A DNA stretch of 64,000 nt. It comes from Thermodesulfobacteriota bacterium (GTDB lineage Bacteria > Desulfobacterota_D > UBA1144 > Nemesobacterales > Mycalebacteriaceae). Both the position numbers and the translations under genes were made by a program. Below are positions 58,143 to 64,000 of the stretch, in pieces. Location: assembly GCA_965205855.1 (NCBI GenBank), contig OZ242184.1, forward strand, positions 32,001 through 96,000, written 5' to 3'. Within the stretch, counting starts at the first letter, position 1; the number at the start of each line of letters is the position of its first letter. Under the pieces are notes generated by a model that did not search any database, had not been told where the DNA came from, and saw only the letters and a program-made list of their open reading frames with translations.

Positions 58143-58156
58143 AACAGAGGTGAATT

Positions 58157-58951
58157 ATGGACGCTGAATTTGAGTCAATGGACAATACGAAATTTGAGGA
58201 TGTGATAGCCGAAGCGAAAAATGTGTTTCTGAGATACGGAGACATTTTTGCTCTCAGAGACATATCCATGAGCGTTCCGACAAACAGGGCGACCGCGCTA
58301 ATAGGTCCCTCCGGTTGCGGAAAATCAACTTTTCTGCGCTGCTTTAACCGCCTCAACGATCTCATAGACGATGTTTCAATAGAGGGCACAATAACGGTGT
58401 CGCGGCAGAACATCTACGCCCCAGACCTTGAGCCGAGCGATTTGCGCAGAAGGGTTGGAATGGTATTTCAGAAATCAAACCCGTTTCCGCTGTCAATATA
58501 CGAAAACATCGCATACGGTCCGCGCATAGCGGGAACCGGAAACAAAAACGACCTTGACGAGATTGTGGAGTCAAGCCTCAGACAGGCGGGACTGTGGAAG
58601 GAGGCGCGCGACCGGCTTGGTGACACTGCGTTTGCGCTGTCGGGCGGGCAGCAGCAGCGTCTTTGCATAGCGCGCGCGATTGCGGTTTGTCCCGACCTTC
58701 TGCTTATGGATGAGCCGTGCAGTGCGCTTGACCCGATAGCGACCGCGAGTATCGAAGATTTGATAAGAGAGCTCAAAGAGAAATACACTGTGGTGATAGT
58801 AACCCACAATATGCAGCAGGCGGCGCGGGTTTCGGATTACACTATGTTTATGTATCTCGGACGGATGGTTGAATACGATGAGACTGAAAAGATTTTTCTC
58901 AATCCGTCATTGAGACAGACCGAAGATTACGTATCGGGGAAATTTGGATAA
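58157..58951 (+). CDS. pstB: Phosphate ABC ATPase
   Basis: [40 protein letters not shown]. Confidence 0.98.
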   Translation: MDAEFESMDNTKFEDVIAEAKNVFLRYGDIFALRDISMSVPTNRATALIGPSGCGKSTFLRCFNRLNDLIDDVSIEGTITVSRQNIYAPDLEPSDLRRRVGMVFQKSNPFPLSIYENIAYGPRIAGTGNKNDLDEIVESSLRQAGLWKEARDRLGDTAFALSGGQQQRLCIARAIAVCPDLLLMDEPCSALDPIATASIEDLIRELKEKYTVVIVTHNMQQAARVSDYTMFMYLGRMVEYDETEKIFLNPSLRQTEDYVSGKFG

Positions 58952-58968
58952 CGCACCGGAGGAATATC

Positions 58969-59634
58969 ATGGCGATCACACAGACAAGACTCGGAGAGGG
59001 AATTGAGAACCTGAAAAAATCACTGCTTGATATGGCACAGTTGGTTGATGCCATGCTTGACAGTAGCATCGGGCTGATAAGAGACGGCTCAAACGCACGG
59101 GCGCGCATAAAGGAGATAAAGGAGACCGACAACGAGGTTGATTCAAAAGAGGTGGGTTTGGACCTTGATTGCGTCCGCCTGCTCGGGCTTTACGCCCCAG
59201 AAGCGGAGATGCTCAGAACAATTGTCGCGACAATGAAGATAAACAACGACATTGAAAGGGTGGGAGACCATGCGGTCAATGTCGCCCGTCTTGTGGGGAA
59301 AAGTCGCGACTATCCGCCCATGGGACTTTTCACAAAGGCCGCGGAGATGGGAGACGTTGCGCTTGAGATGTTCAGAATGAGCATTGACGCTTTCATAAAC
59401 AAGAAAAAAGACCTTGCGTTTGAGGTTTCAAAAAAAGACGAGGAGGTTGACCGCATGGAAAAGAAAATAGTGAAGAAAACGCTCGCGCATTTGAAAAAAT
59501 TCCCCGAATCCACGGAGGCGTCCACCTGCCTTATATCCGTTGCGAGAAATCTGGAAAGGGCGGCGGATCTGTCAACCAACATAAGCGAGGACACCCACTA
59601 CCTTATAACGGGCGAAGTCAGAAAACACTCCTGA
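58969..59634 (+). CDS. phoU: Phosphate signalling protein PhoU
   Basis: ERVGDHA and ERAADLS repeats, located after pstB. Confidence 0.95.
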   Translation: MAITQTRLGEGIENLKKSLLDMAQLVDAMLDSSIGLIRDGSNARARIKEIKETDNEVDSKEVGLDLDCVRLLGLYAPEAEMLRTIVATMKINNDIERVGDHAVNVARLVGKSRDYPPMGLFTKAAEMGDVALEMFRMSIDAFINKKKDLAFEVSKKDEEVDRMEKKIVKKTLAHLKKFPESTEASTCLISVARNLERAADLSTNISEDTHYLITGEVRKHS

Positions 59635-59646
59635 AAAACGCGCCGT

Positions 59647-60978
59647 TCAGTTTTCCGGTTTTGCCCTTTCAAAATCAACCGTGAAAACGCTTCCCTTGCC
59701 CGGTTCGCTTTCAACATTTATCGCGCCGCCGTGAATTTCAACCGTCTGGCGGGCGATGCTGAGCCCAAGCCCGTTCCCGCGTCCGCCCTGCGCTCCCCTG
59801 TAGAAACGCTCAAAAATTCTTCCTATATCCTTGCGCTCAATGCCCTCACCACGGTCCCTCACGGAGACTTTTACGACCTCGCCGCCCTTCGCGCCCGGAC
59901 TGACCTCAACCCTGCCGCCGTCCGGGGAGTGTTTGACGGCGTTTTCAATCAGGTTGACAAGCATATTTTCAATCATCAGCCGGTCTCCCTTCATCGGGAG
60001 TTCCGGGCTTTGCACAACCTCCACCGTTATGTTTTTTCTCTCCGCCTCCGCTCTCATTATCTCTGCCGCGTTCACGGCCGCTTCGGCAAGGTTGAAAGAG
60101 ATAAACCGGGACTTATCGTCGCTTCTTTCCTCAAGTTCCGCAAGGGTGATGACGCGCGAGCAGAGTTCTGCGAGCCGTTTTGAGTTTCTTTCAAGCATGG
60201 CGGCGAGTTTGACCGTTTCGCTATCCGCGCCGCGCGTGCGCTCGCAGATGTTCTCCGCCGCTCCGACTATGGAGGTGAGAGGCGTGCGTATTTCGTGGGA
60301 TATGTTTGTTATCAAATCCTTTTGCGCCGTTTCAAGTTTTTTGAACTCAGTTGAGTCAAAAAGAACAAGCACGAGCTCGCCGTTTTTTTTTGCGGGGGGA
60401 ACCGCACTTGCCATATAGAAATTTTTGGACGGGTAGAGGTTTATTATCTCGCGCCGCACGGGGGCGTCCGATTCAAGTGCGTCTCTTATGACTTGCCGCA
60501 TCGGCGAGCTGAAAACCGCCTCCCAGTAGTTTTTTCCTGTTATGTCGCCGTCTGCGGCAAGCATTGCGCGCGCCGCGGTGTTTGCCATTGTTATCCGTCC
60601 GCCCGGCGAGACGCACAGCACTCCCTCGCTTGTGGCGTTCAGAATGGCGGAAAGTCTCGCTTTCTGCCTTTCTGCGGTTTCAAAGCGGTTTTTCATTGTT
60701 TGCGCCGCAAGGTTGAGGGTTTTTGTCATTTCCTCGGTTCCTTCCGACACGGCGGGAACATAGCGCGGGAATTGTTTTGAGATAAGGGCTTTTGCAAAGC
60801 CGGTTACATCGCGGGCTATTTTTCTGCCCCGGCTTACCGAAGACACTTTGACCGCCGCGCCCGCAATCGCGGCAACGGCAACGGAGAGTATAAAAGCGTC
60901 CCGCCCTCCCGAAGAGTTAAAATATGAAATCACACCCGCGATGGCACAGAAAGATGCCTGCAGAAAGAAAATCCTCAA
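59647..60978 (-). CDS. phoR: Sensor histidine kinase (PAS-HisKA-HATPase)
   Basis: SHEIRTPLT, NLIENAVK, GNGLGL, pst context. Confidence 0.85.
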   Translation of the reverse strand: MRIFFLQASFCAIAGVISYFNSSGGRDAFILSVAVAAIAGAAVKVSSVSRGRKIARDVTGFAKALISKQFPRYVPAVSEGTEEMTKTLNLAAQTMKNRFETAERQKARLSAILNATSEGVLCVSPGGRITMANTAARAMLAADGDITGKNYWEAVFSSPMRQVIRDALESDAPVRREIINLYPSKNFYMASAVPPAKKNGELVLVLFDSTEFKKLETAQKDLITNISHEIRTPLTSIVGAAENICERTRGADSETVKLAAMLERNSKRLAELCSRVITLAELEERSDDKSRFISFNLAEAAVNAAEIMRAEAERKNITVEVVQSPELPMKGDRLMIENMLVNLIENAVKHSPDGGRVEVSPGAKGGEVVKVSVRDRGEGIERKDIGRIFERFYRGAQGGRGNGLGLSIARQTVEIHGGAINVESEPGKGSVFTVDFERAKPEN

Positions 60979-61679
60979 GTTTTTGCGTCCGCCACTTCTA
61001 TTTTATAGCCAATGCCGCGCACGGTTTGAATTTCCACGCCGCTGCCCGCTATTTTGTCCCTCAGGTTTTTTATATGCACATCAACGGTGCGGTCGTATGC
61101 AAGCCGGTCGTCCATTGAGGTCTTTTTCTTGAGTATCCGGTCTCTTGTCATTACCCTTCCCCGGTTTTGTGCGAGAAACTCAAGTATCCTGAACTGTGTC
61201 GCCGTAAGGTCAACGGGTTTTCCGCAGACGCTCACAACAAAACTTTCCGGATCTATGGTCAGGTTTGCAATTTGAATCACATCCCCGTCGCCGGATTTTT
61301 CCCTGAGTTTGCACCTTCTAATCACCATTTTGACGCGAGCCGCAAGTTCCCGCGGGCTGAACGGCTTTGTTATGTAGTCGTCCGCTCCCAACTCAAGTCC
61401 CAGCACTATGTCCAGCTCGGTCGCCTTTGCGGTAACCATTATCACAGGGATTGAAGCGGTTTTCTGCGCGCTTTTGAGATGTCTGCAAATCTCAATCCCG
61501 TCCGTTTCGGGAAGCATCAGGTCAAGAAGAACCAAATCCGGCGAAAATGAGCGCAGCGAGAGAAGGAACTCCCTGCCGTTGCGGAAGGTTTTTGTTTTGA
61601 AACCCTCGCTTTTGAGCGAAGACGAGATGATTTCAAGAATATCCTTCTCGTCATCAACGATTGCTATTGTTTCCGACAT
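60975..61679 (-). CDS. phoB: OmpR-family response regulator
   Basis: LLDLMLP, GADDYITKPF, RTVDVHI, TVRGIGY, pst context. Confidence 0.85.
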   Translation of the reverse strand: MSETIAIVDDEKDILEIISSSLKSEGFKTKTFRNGREFLLSLRSFSPDLVLLDLMLPETDGIEICRHLKSAQKTASIPVIMVTAKATELDIVLGLELGADDYITKPFSPRELAARVKMVIRRCKLREKSGDGDVIQIANLTIDPESFVVSVCGKPVDLTATQFRILEFLAQNRGRVMTRDRILKKKTSMDDRLAYDRTVDVHIKNLRDKIAGSGVEIQTVRGIGYKIEVADAKT

Positions 61680-61827
61680 TGCGCCGTATTGGAATATACA
61701 TACCCCGCACTCAGGTTTCAGCGGCGCGGGTTTTTTTTGCGATTTGCCTTTTTGTTGTTACGGTTTAACATTGTGCTTCAAAATGGGAGCGTGTCTCCCG
61801 CACCAACTCACGGTAGGAGTTTCAGAT

Positions 61828-63114
61828 ATGGTTATTTCAAGGAGTTTCACGGTTCTTGTACTTGCGGTTTTTGCCGCCGCCGCGATACCCGCTCAATCTT
61901 TTGCCGTCGCCGGTTCGAACGGCGAATACGGCTACGAAAAAGGGCTCTACTACGAAAGCGGTGACGGAAAGTTCAAAATCAAACAGAACTTCCGCATACA
62001 GTTCAGGGCGGATGTTGAGAACACCAACGAAAACGATGAGGACGCCGTAACCGACTTTATGATACGCAGACTCAAGTTGAAATTCGGCGGACATGCTTAC
62101 GAAAAGTGGCTGAAATGGGAATTCCAACTCGCAGGAAGCGCCGGACGGGAAGACAGGGATGAAGATTTGTCTGTAGAAGACGCCTTTATTGTGATTGCAA
62201 AACAGGAGTGGTCGGATGTAAAAGTCGGAAGACACAAATTTTCCTACGGAAGAGAGTCTCTCAATTCCTCTTCCACGCTTCAGTTTGTTGACCGTTCAAT
62301 TGCAAGGGAGTTCGGCGTAGGCGCGTCCAGAGCAGACGGAATTTCTTTCGGCGGCATTTTAGGAAACCTCATCGCCTACAGAACCGGATTGTTTCAGCTT
62401 GGCAATAATAAATTCAAAGACCTGCGTAATATGCTTGCGGCCGGAAGGGTTCAGGTGAATGTCTGTTGCGGCGAGTTAAAATACTCAAGCGGAGGTTTCA
62501 CGGCGGGCGGGGATTATAAAATCTCCCCGAATTTTGCCGGAAAAACCGCGATTGCCTTCGGCGCGGGCGGTTATTACTACTACGGCGAGAGGTCGGATGC
62601 GGTAAACGTTTTTTTCCTTCCCGCCGCGGGCGCGGTTTTGGTTGGGAGAAGTTCCACTCCGGATGATAACAGACACTACGGTGTGACAGCCGATTTTGCC
62701 GCCAAGTTTTCAAGGTGGAATCTTGAGGCCGCTTTCTACTATTTCAACGAGCGGGAGTTTGAGAGTCGGGACGCGGATTTGGGAGCCGATGGAGTTGTTG
62801 GCGGAACGGGAGCAAATGCCGACACCGAAGGCGCGGCGGGACTCAGATACTACAACAACTACGCATACAGGGTTCAGGGCGGGTTCTTTGTTCTGCCCTC
62901 AGTTGAGATTGCGACACGGTATGCGGGCAAGTCGTTTGACAGCGATTCAAGCGAAAATGACGAATGGGCCTGGACAAGCGGCGTGAACTACTATATCGCA
63001 AAGCACCGCGTGAAGATTCAGCTTGACTACACCTACGGCGCCGAGAAGAATGCTCTGAACGGCGGCGACCTTGAGAAAAACATCTTCAGGGCTCAATTTC
63101 AGGTGTATCTGTAA
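61828..63114 (+). CDS. Phosphate-selective porin (OprO/OprP-like)
   Basis: SD AGGAG, signal peptide, IRRLKL, SSSTLQFVDRS, C-terminal RAQFQVYL. Divergent from phoB. Confidence 0.85.
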   Translation: MVISRSFTVLVLAVFAAAAIPAQSFAVAGSNGEYGYEKGLYYESGDGKFKIKQNFRIQFRADVENTNENDEDAVTDFMIRRLKLKFGGHAYEKWLKWEFQLAGSAGREDRDEDLSVEDAFIVIAKQEWSDVKVGRHKFSYGRESLNSSSTLQFVDRSIAREFGVGASRADGISFGGILGNLIAYRTGLFQLGNNKFKDLRNMLAAGRVQVNVCCGELKYSSGGFTAGGDYKISPNFAGKTAIAFGAGGYYYYGERSDAVNVFFLPAAGAVLVGRSSTPDDNRHYGVTADFAAKFSRWNLEAAFYYFNEREFESRDADLGADGVVGGTGANADTEGAAGLRYYNNYAYRVQGGFFVLPSVEIATRYAGKSFDSDSSENDEWAWTSGVNYYIAKHRVKIQLDYTYGAEKNALNGGDLEKNIFRAQFQVYL

Positions 63115-63293
63115 TATCCCTCAGAGCCCAGTTTCAGTTGTTTCCAGTAGGCGTTTTGTCTGTTCTTTTCGCCGTTAGCAAAGTATGAAAAAAACCCTTG
63201 AATAAACTGACCTCTTGCTATATCATTTCCCACAAACCGATTTGAGGTTGGATTCGGTTCGCTTTTCATCCTTAGGTGATTGTTAGATTCTTC

Positions 63294-63323
63294 TTGACAC
63301 TTGGGTCAAGCGTTACTTATAAT
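63294..63323 (+). promoter_or_regulatory. Sigma70 promoter (second candidate at 63198-63226)
   Basis: TTGACA-18 nt-TATAAT, and upstream TTGAAT-17 nt-TATCAT. Confidence 0.7.
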
Positions 63324-63377
63324 TGCCCTGATGTTGCGGACTCAAAGTCCGACAAATCGTAAAGGAGGTAAGGAGAC

Positions 63378-64000
63378 ATGAGGAAGGCTAAATGGCTTAT
63401 AATGTTTCTAATTGCTTTTGCGGTGGCTGCTCCGGCATCCGCTGTTGAAGTGAACCTGGGAGGATTTCCCAGTTATATGTCCACTGTGGCGCGTTATATT
63501 GAAGGCGCGACTTACAGATCGGCGTCCGCTAATGAAAGTGACGATCGCATCTTTTTTGTGGACACCACCCTTCGCGTTACACCGCAGCTTGTTTTGAGCG
63601 ATGCTGTAACGATTAGGGCACAGGTTGATATTCTCGACAATAATGTATGGGGCGGATTCACAGACCAGCTTCTGGGCGGCGGTTCCACTATTGTCAATTC
63701 CGGCGCTTCACCGGGCGACACATTCAGAGGCACAATTCTTCACGGAAATGCCACTGACGACTGTCTTACATTCGGCAACTTCTGTGCCGTTGAGAGAGAC
63801 AACGGATTTTTCAACATCCGTATGTTGCACGCTGACATTGTTCTTCCGAACAATCTCGGATTTGTCAGGGTTGGACGCCAGCCGTTTGACTGGGGACTTG
63901 GTATCCTCGCCAACGGCGGTTGGGACCCCGACAGCGACCGTGGTTTCCTTGTTGACAGGTTCCTGTGGCTGAAAACCTTCGGACTTGGCGTTGACCAAAG
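63378..64000 (+). CDS. Exported, probable outer-membrane beta-barrel protein, truncated by window edge
   Basis: Manual translation: MRKAKWLIMFLIAFAVAAPASA-VEV...GFVRVGRQPFDWGLGILANGG. Strong SD. Confidence 0.75.
   Translation, partial: MRKAKWLIMFLIAFAVAAPASAVEVNLGGFPSYMSTVARYIEGATYRSASANESDDRIFFVDTTLRVTPQLVLSDAVTIRAQVDILDNNVWGGFTDQLLGGGSTIVNSGASPGDTFRGTILHGNATDDCLTFGNFCAVERDNGFFNIRMLHADIVLPNNLGFVRVGRQPFDWGLGILANGGWDPDSDRGFLVDRFLWLKTFGLGVDQ

Noticed and set aside
61408-61827. 140-aa N-terminal extension of the porin ORF overlapping phoB
   Set aside because: The SD and signal peptide point to ATG 61828. The extension is antisense to phoB.
63349-63356. CCGACAAA, exact complement of the leader-family loop, just upstream of an RBS
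   Set aside because: The same 8-mer also occurs inside coding regions (for example near 5285, 19194 and 58277), so it is compatible with chance.
1-64000. CRISPR arrays, rRNA, transposases, integrases, prophage genes
   Set aside because: None recognised: no regularly spaced repeats and no matching protein motifs.

Overview
Bacterial chromosome segment with mostly housekeeping genes that look deltaproteobacteria-like. A Dadabacteria-type lineage is a guess from gene content, not verified. The window appears to span the replication origin: dnaA-dnaN with a DnaA-box/DnaA-trio/AT-rich intergenic region at about 35.5 kb, a switch in dominant gene orientation near 37 kb, a parS site inside mnmE, and a second DnaA-box cluster 18 kb away. 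It holds about 55 CDS (translation, amino-acid and cofactor synthesis, mutS, a full pst/pho locus), 3 tRNAs and one decayed DNA methyltransferase. The main unexplained signal is a structured RNA element of about 100-135 nt present three times (5.9 kb minus, 8.2 kb plus, 21.6 kb plus). Each copy starts about 7-8 nt after a sigma70 -10 box and sits in front of an unrelated accessory gene. The copies share a fold with compensatory changes and a conserved core. In each copy the 3' strand of the closing helix is also complementary to that gene's own SD/start codon, so this is a candidate undescribed translational RNA switch family. Also noted: an orphan sRNA candidate with an exposed anti-SD (46.4 kb) and a probable AUU start codon for pstS. 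All calls come from reading the sequence and translations by eye; no database search or folding program was run.
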